Part shown: positions 1 through 9,828 of the stretch, piece after piece | Layout: every line of letters begins with the position of its first letter | Numbering within the stretch: position 1 is the first letter of the stretch | Source of the DNA: an uncultured Pseudomonadota bacterium | Lineage (GTDB): Bacteria; Myxococcota_A; Polyangia; Fen-1088 | Reading direction: 5' to 3' | Assembly: GCA_963725905.1 (NCBI GenBank) | Contig: CAVSAG010000001.1 | Span: 380,748-444,747 of the forward strand | Length of the DNA stretch: 64,000 nucleotides | Notes under the pieces: model-generated | What the model was told of the DNA's origin: nothing | The model's input: the letters and a program-made list of their open reading frames with translations, nothing else | Database searches by the model: none | Position numbers and translations under genes: made by a program

Positions 1-1960
1 TGCTGTACTGCTGCGACCGCTGGTAGGTGAGGTTCGGGTTTCCGAACAGCGCGGGGATCAGGTCCTGCGGCTGCGGCGCCTCGGAGTAGAGGCCCGCGCC
101 GGCCTTCAGCACGGTCTCGGGATTGACGGTGAAGAAGGCGGAGATGCGCGGATCGAACCACCAGGAGTGCCCGTTCTGGATGTCGGAGCTCGCGTCGAAG
201 CGGAGGCCGGGCTGGATGCGCAGGCGCGGCAGCGGCACCCAGCTGGCGGTGGCGAACAGCGCGGGCTGCGCCCAGTTGGTGCTGGCGCTGGTGTTCTTCG
301 AGGGGTTGGCGTTGAGGCCCGCCCATGCCGAACGCGCTCTGGCTCTGCGCGACCGAGAAGGTCGGCAGGTCGATGTTGTAGGTCAGGTGGCGCAGCGACG
401 AATCGGTCCCCATCTCCAGCGAGAACTTGTCGGACGGGCGGTAGACGAGCGTGTCGCGCAGGCTGGCGGTCCAGAGCTGCCCCTCGAGCTTCAGCGCGTT
501 CACGATCTGGTTCGTCGTCTCGGTGTAGCCGAACGAGAGGATGGCGTCGTTGCGCCAATCGTGCGCCGAAGCCGCGCTGCCAGCGGGCGGCCAGCCGGTG
601 GAACTGTACCTCGGTGTCGAACGAGATCACGCGCGCGGTGTTGGAGTCGAGGATGTCGAGCTTGTCCTGCGAGCCGTAGGCGAAGAGCTGCCCGGTGCCG
701 CCCCAGGAGCGAGTGCACGTACTTGGCCTGGTAGTCGTAGAAGACGGGCGCGACGGTCAGGCCCTGCGGCACGACCTCCTTGAGCACCTCGTCGACCCAG
801 CTGCGCCGCACCGAGAGCAGGAAGCTGCCGTTGCCGACCGGGCCCTCGACCATCGCGGCGCCGTCGTAGAGATCGACGTGGCCGGCGCCGTGCCACTCGT
901 GCTTCGGATCGCGGGTGCGGATCTCGACGGTGCCGCCCATCGCGTTGCCGTAGTTGGCGGCGAAGTTGCCCGGGTAGAAGTCGAGCCCCGAGATGATGTC
1001 CGAGTTGACCACCGCGGTGAGCGCACCGAAGTGGAAGATGAGCGGGATCTCGACGCCGTCGAGGTAGACCTTGGTGTCCTGCGGCGCCGACCCGCGCACG
1101 ATGAGCAGGCCCAGCCCGAACGGCGCGCGCGCCACGCCCGGCAGATCCTGCAGCACCTTGAGCACGTCGCCCTGCGTGCCGGGGACGGTGTTGATCTCCT
1201 GCATGCTGACCTCGTGGACGGCGACCTCCTTCCGCTCGCGTGCGCCGCGGACGACGGACTCGAACGCGCCGTAGCGCTTCCGGTTCATCCGGTACTCGAC
1301 CTCCTTCACCTTCCCGGCCTCGATGATCTCGTCGATCGTCAGCGGGTGGTGCGACGAGGAGACGATGTGGATCTTGACCGGCCCGACCGGCAGCCCGCGC
1401 AGCGCGAAACGCCCGTCGGTGTCGGTCTCGGCGGTCGGCAGGTCCGCCGCCTCGACGCTGGCGCCGACGACCGGGTCGCGCGTGCCGCGCTCGATGATCC
1501 GGCCGAGCAGGGAGACCGGCTTCTCGGTCGGCGGGGGGGGCGGTGGCGCCTGCTTGATGACGAACTCGTAGCGGTACTCGATCTCGACGGCGGCCGGCTT
1601 GCCGTCGATCTCGGCGGGCGAGAACTGGAACTGCTTGACCGCCGCCACCGCGGCGGGCGCGAAGCCGGGATGCGGCCCGGGATCGACGACCTTGATCGCG
1701 CCGACCGCGCCCTTCTCGTCGATCACGATCGACAGCGTGACCGCGCCGGTGATCCCGGCGGCCTCGGCGTCGGGCGGGTAGGCGGCAGCGACGAAATGCG
1801 TGAGCGCCGGCGGCTTGACCGCGGGCGCGCCGCCGTCGCCCGCGGGTGCCGGTGCGGGCGCGGCGGCGGCCGCCGCATCGACGCCGCCGTCGAGCGGGGG
1901 CTGGGCCTGGACCTGGAGCGCCGCCAGGAAGAGCGCGGCTGGAAGCGAGGCCACCAGCAT
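1..1960 (-). CDS. TonB-dependent receptor with N-terminal TonB-C domain and carboxypeptidase-regulatory-like domain; partial at window edge, frameshifted near 695 and 555
   Basis: Signal peptide; TonB-C motif YPPDAEAAGITGAVTLSIVID..FQFSPA; plug motif GDVLKVLQDLPGV..LIVRGSAPQDTKVYLDG; barrel sequence continues in another frame (ISFDTEVQFHRLAARWQ). Confidence 0.85.
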
Positions 1961-2128
1961 CAGGGCCCCGTCGACACTTGATCGCGACGGATGGTTAGGA
2001 GAGCCGTGGCGGGGAGGGGAGCCATCGTCGAGGACAATGGACTACCTCGCGGAGCGTCGCGATGCCAAGGGCCAAGCGCACTTGGCGCATGGGACAATGC
2101 TGTTACTTCCTTTTCCCGGGCCGGTCGG

Positions 2129-2206
2129 TGCGGTATAAATGTCGCCCTTACTGCCCGCCTGGCGCGCGAACCTGCGCGGCCACCCCCAGTTACAAAGGAG
2201 CGGTCC
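2129..2206 (+). promoter_or_regulatory. Conserved promoter/5' leader, copy 1 (TATAAA box, leader, AAAGGAG RBS)
   Basis: TGCGGTATAAA at 2129-2139 and downstream leader closely match 19866-19943. Confidence 0.7.
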
Positions 2207-4141
2207 ATGACTCGGCACGCATATCTTCGCCTTCGGCTCACCTCGTTTTCGCCCCTGGTCGTCTTGGCAGCCGCCAGCCTCCTGTCGTGCGCATCGCCCG
2301 GGAGCACGGGCGGCGGGTCGGGCGGGAGCAATGGCAGCGGCGGCAACAACAGCAGCGGCGGCAGCAACGGCAGCGGCGGCAGCAACAGCAGCGGCGGCAG
2401 CAACGGCAGCGGCGGCAGCAGCAGCAGCGGCGGCAGCAACGGCTCGGGCGGCAGCGTCTCGTCCGGCGGCAGCAATGGCTCGGGCGGCAGCACGGCCAAG
2501 GGCGGCAGCAACGGCTCGGGTGGCAGCCCGTCGTCGGGTGGCAGCGTCGGCTCTGGCGGCAGCTCGTCGTCGGGTGGCAGCAGTGGCTCTGGCGGCAGCT
2601 CGTCGTCCGGCGGCAGCGTCGGCAGCGGTGGCAGCTCGTCGTCGGGCGGCAGTGTCGGCTCTGGCGGCAGCAGCTCCAGCGGCGATCCGCCCGGTTACTA
2701 CCGCACCAGCGAATGGAACGTGAACAGTGTCGACTGGCACGGCTGCGTCTGGACCGGTATCGACAGCACCGTCTCCGGGAGCACGACGAGCATCACGCCC
2801 CAGGACTTCACGGCCAAGTCCCCGAACGGTGGCCCGTACGAAGTCAGCGGGAGCGTCTTCAACGACTACAACGCGGTCTCGCTCTTGGGATTCAACCTGA
2901 ACGAGGCTACGACGGGGAGCAGCACGCAGTGCAAATACAACCCCGCCGCAGCGACCCAGGCCGGTCCGCCGACGGCGACGATTCCCAGCTCCGCGACCGG
3001 CATCGCCGTGAACTGGAGCGCGAAGGTCGCGCCGCCCACGTCGTTCCGCATCCAGATTCAGGCGCCCGATGGCGCAACCAACGCGGCCGATCGCTGGTGC
3101 GCGACGATCACCGATGCGCAGGGCCCGAGCTTCATCCCGTTCTCGAGTTTCTACCCGCAGTGCTGGAATGTGGGCGTGTCGGGCATGAGCCCCGGCACCG
3201 CGTACGCGGGCCAAGCCATCGACGCCGTGGTGTTCCTCGTCCCCGGCACGATGTCCATGAAGGCACCCTTCGACTTCACGATCGTCGGCTTCGCCCCCGG
3301 CACCAGCAAGAGCGACGCGCCCGGTGGCGCAGCGGCTTGCGGGACCATCACGGGGACGCTCGGCTCATCGACCGCAGGGATGACCGCGTCCTACGCCCGC
3401 GCGGCGGTGACCGGGACGGACTGCAAGGAATACATCATCCAGAACAACAACTGGGGCAATCCCACCGGGTCGACCCAGCTCATCAACTACACGGGCAGCA
3501 GCTTCACGGTCCAGAGCAGCAGTGGGTCGGGCAGCAGCGCTCCCGCATCGTTCCCGTCCACTTACATAGGCGCGAACGGCAACATCGCCAACGGCACCTA
3601 CAACACCTGGTCCGACAGCGGCCTGCCAAAACAGATCAGCGCCATGCAGAGCGCGATGACCAACTTCACTTGGTCGGGTGGTTCATCCGGGGGAGATTTC
3701 AACGCGACCTACGACGTCTGGTTCGCGAAATCTCCGCCGACCGCCGGTGCCTACAACGACGGCATCTCCGGCTTCCTCATGGTCTGGCTCTACAAGCCGG
3801 GCAGCAGGCAGCCAATCGGTTCGAGCGTGCGTACAGCGAGCATCGCGGGCCACACCTGGAACGTGTGGGTCGGTCCCCGAGGTAACACCTCGACGGGTAC
3901 GGACCCCGCTTCGCGGCCGGTCATCTCCTACGTTGCGCAGGACTCGCCGGTCTCCAGCCTCTCGTTCAACCTGAAGGACTTCATTAGCGACGCCGTCAGC
4001 CACGCAGACACCAACAACGGCGTCACCGGACCGTTCTCCAGCAGCTGGTATCTGACCGACGTCTTCGCCGGCTTCGAGATCTGGAGCGGCAGCGCCGCGA
4101 CCAACCTGAAGAGCACCGGCTTCAGCTGCGTGGTCAAGTAG
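2207..4141 (+). CDS. Lipoprotein: Gly/Ser linker, CBM-like beta-sandwich, GH12-like domain
   Basis: RBS AAAGGAG; lipobox LLSC; (GGSNGS)n linker; GH12 motifs QNNNWG, YDVWF, LMVWL, QPIG, VFAGFEIW. Confidence 0.85.
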   Translation: MTRHAYLRLRLTSFSPLVVLAAASLLSCASPGSTGGGSGGSNGSGGNNSSGGSNGSGGSNSSGGSNGSGGSSSSGGSNGSGGSVSSGGSNGSGGSTAKGGSNGSGGSPSSGGSVGSGGSSSSGGSSGSGGSSSSGGSVGSGGSSSSGGSVGSGGSSSSGDPPGYYRTSEWNVNSVDWHGCVWTGIDSTVSGSTTSITPQDFTAKSPNGGPYEVSGSVFNDYNAVSLLGFNLNEATTGSSTQCKYNPAAATQAGPPTATIPSSATGIAVNWSAKVAPPTSFRIQIQAPDGATNAADRWCATITDAQGPSFIPFSSFYPQCWNVGVSGMSPGTAYAGQAIDAVVFLVPGTMSMKAPFDFTIVGFAPGTSKSDAPGGAAACGTITGTLGSSTAGMTASYARAAVTGTDCKEYIIQNNNWGNPTGSTQLINYTGSSFTVQSSSGSGSSAPASFPSTYIGANGNIANGTYNTWSDSGLPKQISAMQSAMTNFTWSGGSSGGDFNATYDVWFAKSPPTAGAYNDGISGFLMVWLYKPGSRQPIGSSVRTASIAGHTWNVWVGPRGNTSTGTDPASRPVISYVAQDSPVSSLSFNLKDFISDAVSHADTNNGVTGPFSSSWYLTDVFAGFEIWSGSAATNLKSTGFSCVVK

Positions 4142-4167
4142 CGTTCGAGACAGCCGCGTGTCGGCTG

Positions 4168-4884
4168 TCAGGTCTGAGGATCAGCCCAGTTGAAGTCGTA
4201 GCGTAGGTACAGCTCGTCGCCGACGCGCTCCATCGACGCGAGCGTCGGGTCGGGGATCTGGTCGGGGCTGAAGCCGGCGCCGTCGGCGACGGTGGGGGCG
4301 TGGGCGCCGCCGAGGATGCGCGGGACCAGGGTCAGGTAGAGGGCGTCGACGGCGCGGGCGGCGAAGAACTGGGCGCAGAGGGCACCACCGCCTTCGCAGA
4401 GCAGGGTGTGAATGCCGCGGGCGGTGAGCCAGGTCAAGAGGTCGGGGATGGGGACGCGCTCATCGCCCAGCTGGACCAGCTCGGCAACGGCGCCGAGGCC
4501 GGCGCGGGTTTCGGCGGGCATCGTGGCGGCGTGGACGACGATCGACGGGCCGCCGAGCGCGGGATCGAACATGCGCTGGTCGGGCGCGATCCCCACGCCG
4601 CTGGTCGTGACGACGATGCGCGTGGGCTCGGGGGCGCCACCTGAGCGGCGGTCCGCGCGCTGGGCCGCGGGGATGGCCAGATCGGGGTTGTCGGCGCGCA
4701 GGTTGGAGGCGCCGATCAGGATCGCGTCGACGTTGGAGCGCAAGGACAGCATGCGGCGGAAGTCCTCGCGGTGGCGCGACATCATGAACTTCCCCTGGCG
4801 TAGATCAGGGGCGGGGTTGATTTTGCCGTCGACGGACGAGGCGAAGTTGATCAGCACGCGCGGTCTGTGCGCCGTCGGGCTCAT
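4168..4884 (-). CDS. RibD C-terminal (pyrimidine reductase/DHFR-like) domain protein
   Basis: RPRVLINFASSVDGKI, DAILIGA..LRADNP, LLCEGGG..VDALYLTLVPRILGG. Confidence 0.85.
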   Translation of the reverse strand: MSPTAHRPRVLINFASSVDGKINPAPDLRQGKFMMSRHREDFRRMLSLRSNVDAILIGASNLRADNPDLAIPAAQRADRRSGGAPEPTRIVVTTSGVGIAPDQRMFDPALGGPSIVVHAATMPAETRAGLGAVAELVQLGDERVPIPDLLTWLTARGIHTLLCEGGGALCAQFFAARAVDALYLTLVPRILGGAHAPTVADGAGFSPDQIPDPTLASMERVGDELYLRYDFNWADPQT

Positions 4885-5222
4885 CGGAACGCCACCACGA
4901 CGGCCGCCAGGATGAGGGCGAACGACAGCAAGTAGCGCGGCTGAACGCCCTCGCCGAGCCAGAGCGCGGCGAACAGCATGAACACCACCAGTGTGATCGC
5001 CTCCTGCATCACCTTGAGCTGGTAAGCGGAAAGCGCGCGGTAGCCGATCCGGTTGGCCGGCACCTGCAGGGTGTACTCGAAGAAGGCGATCCCCCAGCTC
5101 GCCAGGATGGCGATGATGAGCGGCGCCTTCTTGAAGCGCAGGTGTCCGTACCAGGCGGCGGTCATGAAGGTGTTCGACAGCACCAGGAGGCCGGCGGCCT
5201 TGAAACGATCGTCGAGCGGCAT
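4881..5222 (-). CDS. DMT-family small membrane protein (DUF486-like)
   Basis: SNTFMTAAWYGHL..SWGIAFFEYTLQVPANRIG..LKVMQEAITL. Confidence 0.85.
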   Translation of the reverse strand: MPLDDRFKAAGLLVLSNTFMTAAWYGHLRFKKAPLIIAILASWGIAFFEYTLQVPANRIGYRALSAYQLKVMQEAITLVVFMLFAALWLGEGVQPRYLLSFALILAAVVVAFR

Positions 5223-5273
5223 GGCACGCAGTCTATGCGACCTCCGTTCCGCGGGCCCAAGGCCCGAGAGCGG

Positions 5274-5762
5274 TCAATCTTCATGGCCGATCCGGTCGCG
5301 TAGCGCGAACAGGATGGGCAAGACCAGCTTGTCGCGGGCACGTCCGGCCGCGGCCTTGACGGAGATCAGAGTGTCGAGATCGAGGACTCGAATCTCGGAC
5401 AGTCCGTCGCTCAGCACCGTCGTGTGCGGGAGCAGATCCTCGTAGTCCCGACCGTCGTGCAGGACGCACAGCGGATCGAGCGGCCCGAGGGCGGTAGAGA
5501 GATTGAGCTGTCCGCGTCCGGCGAGCAGGTCGGCCGACGGTCGCAGGTCGCGACCCCGCAGAGTGGCGTCGAGCTTCGTGAGCAGATCCGCGAGCCGGCG
5601 GACATTGTCAGGCGTGCGCCGATGAACGATGTCGAGGTCCTGGGTAGTGATCGGCGCGCCGTGCAACACCGCAGCGGCTCCCCCCACCACAATGAACTCC
5701 ACCCCGGCTCCGAGCAGGGCCTGGACGAGCGCGTCGAGGTCAGCGCGGGCGGGATGAGACAT
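5274..5762 (-). CDS. Nucleotidyltransferase-family protein (putative TA component)
   Basis: FIVVGGAAAVLHG..TQDLDI motif and LISVKAAAGRARDK. Confidence 0.8.
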   Translation of the reverse strand: MSHPARADLDALVQALLGAGVEFIVVGGAAAVLHGAPITTQDLDIVHRRTPDNVRRLADLLTKLDATLRGRDLRPSADLLAGRGQLNLSTALGPLDPLCVLHDGRDYEDLLPHTTVLSDGLSEIRVLDLDTLISVKAAAGRARDKLVLPILFALRDRIGHED

Positions 5763-5955
5763 GCCTGAACTTCCCGAGCGCGCGGGCGGCATTGCTGCAG
5801 GCGCGCAGGCGCTCGCGGGGGGAGAGGCTCAAGGCCCAATCGAGCAGGGTCCCGTCGACCTCCCGGGCCGCTGCTTCCAGCAGCAAGGCGTCGATCGGTT
5901 CCGTCCGAGAAGGGCTCGGACGATCGGAGACCGATTGCTTGGGGCCGCCGTCCAT
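5740..5955 (-). CDS. Small (71 aa) partner protein of the nucleotidyltransferase
   Basis: VDGTLLDWALSLSPRERLRA segment resembles small proteins preceding such NTases; overlaps NTase start. Confidence 0.6.
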   Translation of the reverse strand: MDGGPKQSVSDRPSPSRTEPIDALLLEAAAREVDGTLLDWALSLSPRERLRACSNAARALGKFRHVSSRPR

Positions 5956-6004
5956 GCTCCCGAAGATGCCACAGCGAAACCTGCCACGACAGCGAAAGCA
6001 ACCT

Positions 6005-6267
6005 GTGACCGCCAGTGTCGCGCTGATCACCACCCCGGCGATGGCTGTGAGCGGCGTGCAAGCTACCTTCACCGGGCCGTGAACGGAACCATGTCCTGTC
6101 AACCAAACGGGACCGCGACCCTGTGCACGTGGCCCGCCGCGACCCCTGTGATGGCAGGGGCCTACCAGACGACGACCACTCAGGTTGAAGGTCACAATAC
6201 CTCCGCCGACATGCGGCTGTACGCTGGCATCTATCGAGCCATCCACCGTGGCGCTCAGCTCTACTGA
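6005..6267 (+). pseudogene. Probable fragment of a secreted Cys-containing protein
   Basis: VSGVQATFTGP* continues with a 1-nt shift as VNGTMSCQPNGTATLCTWP; no clear start or RBS. Confidence 0.3.
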
Positions 6268-6364
6268 CGCGGGTACGGATTAGGGCTCGATCGTTCCTCG
6301 CAAAGCGGCTCGCGGCTCCTTTCGGTTTTCTTATTCGGCGTGGATTCGCGTATTCTGCCGCGAC

Positions 6365-8155
6365 ATGGCGCGCCGCAGATCGTTGTCGAGGCTTTCGTCG
6401 GGTCTCATCGTGTTCGTTTCGATGCTCGGGTTGACGTCCGCCGCGTCCGCGGCGACGAACATCACCGGCGGGAACGTGGGAGGCCAGTTCTGGACGGCGT
6501 CGGGAAGCCCGTACGTCATCTCCGGGGACATCACGGTTCAGACCGGTACGACGCTGACGATCCAGAACGGGGTGGACGTCCAGTTCAAGGGGAGCGACGG
6601 CGCGAACACCGGCATCGACTTGGCTCGAATCGAGCTCACGGTCAACGGCAAGCTGGTGGTGAACGGTTTCTCGGGCTCGCCGGTCACGTTCGAAATTCAG
6701 AACGGCTCGGTCGGGAACTGGCACGGCATCGTGGTCAATGCCACCGCGTTCGGCTTCGATGTGACCGGCCTCGTCCTGCAGGACGCGCAGTCGGCCATCT
6801 CCAGCTCGATGACGGACGCCACGCTCACCGTCACGGGATCGACCATCGCGAACATCTCCCACGACGGCGTGGATCTCCTGGCGGGGGCGCTGGCGCTCGA
6901 CCGCGTCTACATCGAGGCCTTCGGCGGCGCTGCGGTCTATATCGGGGGGGCCGCGGGCGACGCGCTGACCGCGGACGTCGTCAACAGCATCTTCGTGCAA
7001 AGCGGTTGGGGCCTCGACGTGGACTCGTCCGCCAAGGTGACGGCGACGCTCACCAACTGCACGCTCGATTCGAACACCAACGGCGTCATCATCAACAACG
7101 CGGCGTCCGGCTCCTCCCTCGCCATCAAGAACTCGATCCTCAGCAACAACACGGACGACGGCGTGGTGGATCAGTCGGGCGGCAACGCCGCGGTCACGAT
7201 CACGTACTCGGATCTCTGGATGAACAGCGCGGCCACGGGCAGCGTCGCCCCGGGAACGGGCTGCATCGCGGCCGACCCGCACTTCTTCAGCAGCGTCGAC
7301 TACGACCTGGTCCCGCCGAGTCCCTGCATCAACGCGGGCACGGCGACCGGCGCGCCTGACCACGACTACGTGGGGGTCTCGCGGCCGCAAGGCTCCGGCT
7401 TCGACATCGGCGCGCTCGAGTACGTCGCCACCGGTGGGGCCGGCGGAGCGGGCGGGGCAGGGGGCGCGAGCACGACGGGCACCGCGGGCACGAGCGGAGC
7501 CGCGGGCAGTACCAGCGCAGGCGGCCACGCCGGCAGCGGCGCCGCGGGCGCGACGGGCGCCGCGGGTACGACGGGCGCCGCGGGCGCGACGGGCGCCGCG
7601 GGTGCCGGCGGAGCCGCGGGCAGCACCAGCGCGGGCGGTCACGCCGGCAGCGGCGCCGCGGGCGCGACGGGCGCCGCGGGTACGGGCGCCGCGGGTACGG
7701 GCGGCGCCGCGGGTACGAGCGGAGCCGCGGGCAGCACCAGCGCGGGCGGGCACGCCGGCAGCGGAGCCGCCGGAACAGGCGGCGGTGGTGGCGCTGCCGG
7801 TGCAGGCAATTCAGGCGGCGCGATCGGGGCTGCTGGCGCGAGCGGCGCGGCCGGCACGAGCGGCGGCGCGGGCACCACGGGCGCAGCGGGAGCCGCGGGT
7901 ACGACGGGCGCCGGGGGCGCTGCAGGCAAGACCGGCAGCGGTGGGACGACGGGTAGCGGCGGGACGACGACGACCGCCACCGGCGGCAAAGGCGGCAGCG
8001 CGGGCCCGACCGGTACGGGCGGCACCGCCGGCTCTGCCGGAACAAGCGGCGGCGGATGCGGCTGCGCCACCGGTGGCGAGCCCGCCGGCGCGGCGCTGCT
8101 GTTCATGGTTCCCGCACTGTGGCTGGCGCGGCGCCGCCGTCGGGCCGGTTGTTAG
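6365..8155 (+). CDS. Secreted right-handed beta-helix protein with Gly/Ala/Thr stalk and MYXO-CTERM sorting tail
   Basis: Signal peptide; WTASGSPYVISGDITV..TLTI; SPCINAG..RPQGSGFDIGALEY; C-terminal GGGCGC + hydrophobic segment + RRRRR. Confidence 0.85.
   Translation: MARRRSLSRLSSGLIVFVSMLGLTSAASAATNITGGNVGGQFWTASGSPYVISGDITVQTGTTLTIQNGVDVQFKGSDGANTGIDLARIELTVNGKLVVNGFSGSPVTFEIQNGSVGNWHGIVVNATAFGFDVTGLVLQDAQSAISSSMTDATLTVTGSTIANISHDGVDLLAGALALDRVYIEAFGGAAVYIGGAAGDALTADVVNSIFVQSGWGLDVDSSAKVTATLTNCTLDSNTNGVIINNAASGSSLAIKNSILSNNTDDGVVDQSGGNAAVTITYSDLWMNSAATGSVAPGTGCIAADPHFFSSVDYDLVPPSPCINAGTATGAPDHDYVGVSRPQGSGFDIGALEYVATGGAGGAGGAGGASTTGTAGTSGAAGSTSAGGHAGSGAAGATGAAGTTGAAGATGAAGAGGAAGSTSAGGHAGSGAAGATGAAGTGAAGTGGAAGTSGAAGSTSAGGHAGSGAAGTGGGGGAAGAGNSGGAIGAAGASGAAGTSGGAGTTGAAGAAGTTGAGGAAGKTGSGGTTGSGGTTTTATGGKGGSAGPTGTGGTAGSAGTSGGGCGCATGGEPAGAALLFMVPALWLARRRRRAGC
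7487..7772 (+). repeat. Intragenic repeat, about 3 copies of GAAGSTSAGGHAGSGAAG
   Basis: Visible in translation and DNA. Confidence 0.7.
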
Positions 8156-8165
8156 CGGGCGCCTG

Positions 8166-9497
8166 ATGCTCGGGAGTCGCATCGCTGGGTTCTGGTCCGC
8201 GTGCCTGGCGGGGGTGTTCTGCGTGGCCGCTGTCGATCTGGGCGGCTGCGGCAGCAGCGGCGCAGGCGGCCGCGGTGGCAGCGGCGGGGGGGCAGGGAGC
8301 AGCGGCAATGGCGGCAACGGCGGCGCGGCCGGAAGCGGACAGGGCGGGACGAATGGCGCCGGCGGCCTGGGCGGCGCATCTGACGCCGGCACCGACCGGG
8401 TAACGGGGTCGGGGGGCGGCGGCGGAGGAGCCGTCGCCTGCGATACCGCCGGGCCGAGCTCGTTTCAGACCGCGGTCACCTACGCCGTGGCTGGGGCGCC
8501 CGATACGATGGCAGTCGCCGATCTCAACGGCGATGGGCGGCCCGACCTGGTGGTGGGTAATGGGTCCGTCTATACGGTGAGCGTGCTCCTCGGGAACGGC
8601 GACGGCACCTTCCAGACGGCGGTGCCCTACCCGGTGACGGGAGCACCCCTTTCGATCGCGGTGGGCGACCTCGACGGAGACGGAAAGCTGGATGTCGCGG
8701 CCGCGCTCAGCGACACGAGCTTGGTGGCGGTGCTGCCGGGCGGAGGGGACGGCACCCTGCTGGCCGCCATCACCTATGTGGTCGGCACGTACGCCGACGG
8801 GGTCGCCATGGGCGATTTCAACGGCGACGCGCGGATGGATCTGGCGGTGTCGAACTACTTCAACGACAACGTGAGCGTTCTGATGGGGAATGCCGCCGGC
8901 ACTTTCGAGACGGCGGTCAACTACGACGTGGGCCAGAAACCGCAGGCCGTGACGACCGGTGACTTCAACGGTGACGGCCAATCTGACGTCGTCGTGGCGA
9001 ACGGGGGCAGCACCACCGTGGCTTGGCTTCGCTCCAACACCAGCGGGACTTTGTCCGCGGCCTTAACCTCCTCGGTCGGGTTCAGCCCGTGGGCGCTGAC
9101 GACCGGTGATTTCAACGGAGATGGAAAGATCGATCTGGCGGTGGCCAACGCCGCCGACGACAGCGTCTCCGTGCTCCTGCAGGCCAGCGGCGGGGGGCTG
9201 CCGACGGCGACGGCCCCCTCCTACCCGGTCGAACGCGCCCCGTCCGGCCTCGCGGTCGGCGACATCAACGGCGACGGACGGACCAATCTGGTGGTCGCGA
9301 ACCGCACCTCTGGCACGCTCAGCGTCCTGCTCGCCAACGCCAACGGCACCTTTCGCGCGGCGGCGAGCCACCCGGTGGGAGGGTTCCCGTCGGGCGTCGC
9401 GACCGGGGATTTCAATGGCGACGGGAAGGTCGACATCGCGGTGACGAGCGAGCGCGACTCCAACGTGAGTGTCCTCATTAACCTCTGCCCCCTTTAG
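8166..9497 (+). CDS. FG-GAP/VCBS repeat beta-propeller lipoprotein with Gly-rich linker
   Basis: Seven GDxNGDGxxDL(A/V)V-type repeats; LGGC lipobox-like site. Confidence 0.9.
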   Translation: MLGSRIAGFWSACLAGVFCVAAVDLGGCGSSGAGGRGGSGGGAGSSGNGGNGGAAGSGQGGTNGAGGLGGASDAGTDRVTGSGGGGGGAVACDTAGPSSFQTAVTYAVAGAPDTMAVADLNGDGRPDLVVGNGSVYTVSVLLGNGDGTFQTAVPYPVTGAPLSIAVGDLDGDGKLDVAAALSDTSLVAVLPGGGDGTLLAAITYVVGTYADGVAMGDFNGDARMDLAVSNYFNDNVSVLMGNAAGTFETAVNYDVGQKPQAVTTGDFNGDGQSDVVVANGGSTTVAWLRSNTSGTLSAALTSSVGFSPWALTTGDFNGDGKIDLAVANAADDSVSVLLQASGGGLPTATAPSYPVERAPSGLAVGDINGDGRTNLVVANRTSGTLSVLLANANGTFRAAASHPVGGFPSGVATGDFNGDGKVDIAVTSERDSNVSVLINLCPL

Positions 9498-9552
9498 CGG
9501 CAACGCGCCGCGCGCTCCATCGACGTCCTCGCGCGCGGTCGATCCGGAACGC

Positions 9553-9653
9553 GGGGTCTCGTCAGGCGGCCCCGCTTCCTCCGCCGGGCGGCCAATCCGT
9601 CGCGTCTTGCCGCCGGTCGTCTGGCCGGCGGAAGACCGCCTCTCGCTCGTGCG
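9553..9653 (-). pseudogene. Internally deleted relic of the antitoxin gene at 11442-11789
   Basis: Matches about 11432-11510 joined to 11600-11627 across GGCGG; encodes PPARRPAARRDGLAARRRKRAA*. Confidence 0.75.
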
Positions 9654-9828
9654 ATTTTTGGCAGCTACGAGCGGCACAGACCAGAAGAGACGGATGGCGA
9701 CGGACGAGACGCGCGTGATACATAGGGCCCGCAATGGCGGGAGGCAGAACTCGATCGGTCGCTTGTTCCGCCTATCCCCAGTGATATCGAGGACGTCGTG
9801 ACTTCACTACAGCTATGGGAGGTTCGAG

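Noticed and set aside
1961-2128. Cobalamin or other riboswitch upstream of the TonB-dependent receptor
   Set aside because: No recognisable B12 box or other aptamer consensus seen
5411-7753. Long Arg/Ala/Pro-rich antisense or alternate-frame ORFs (also 40798-43062, 52760-54934 and others)
   Set aside because: Shadow ORFs expected in high-GC DNA opposite well-supported genes
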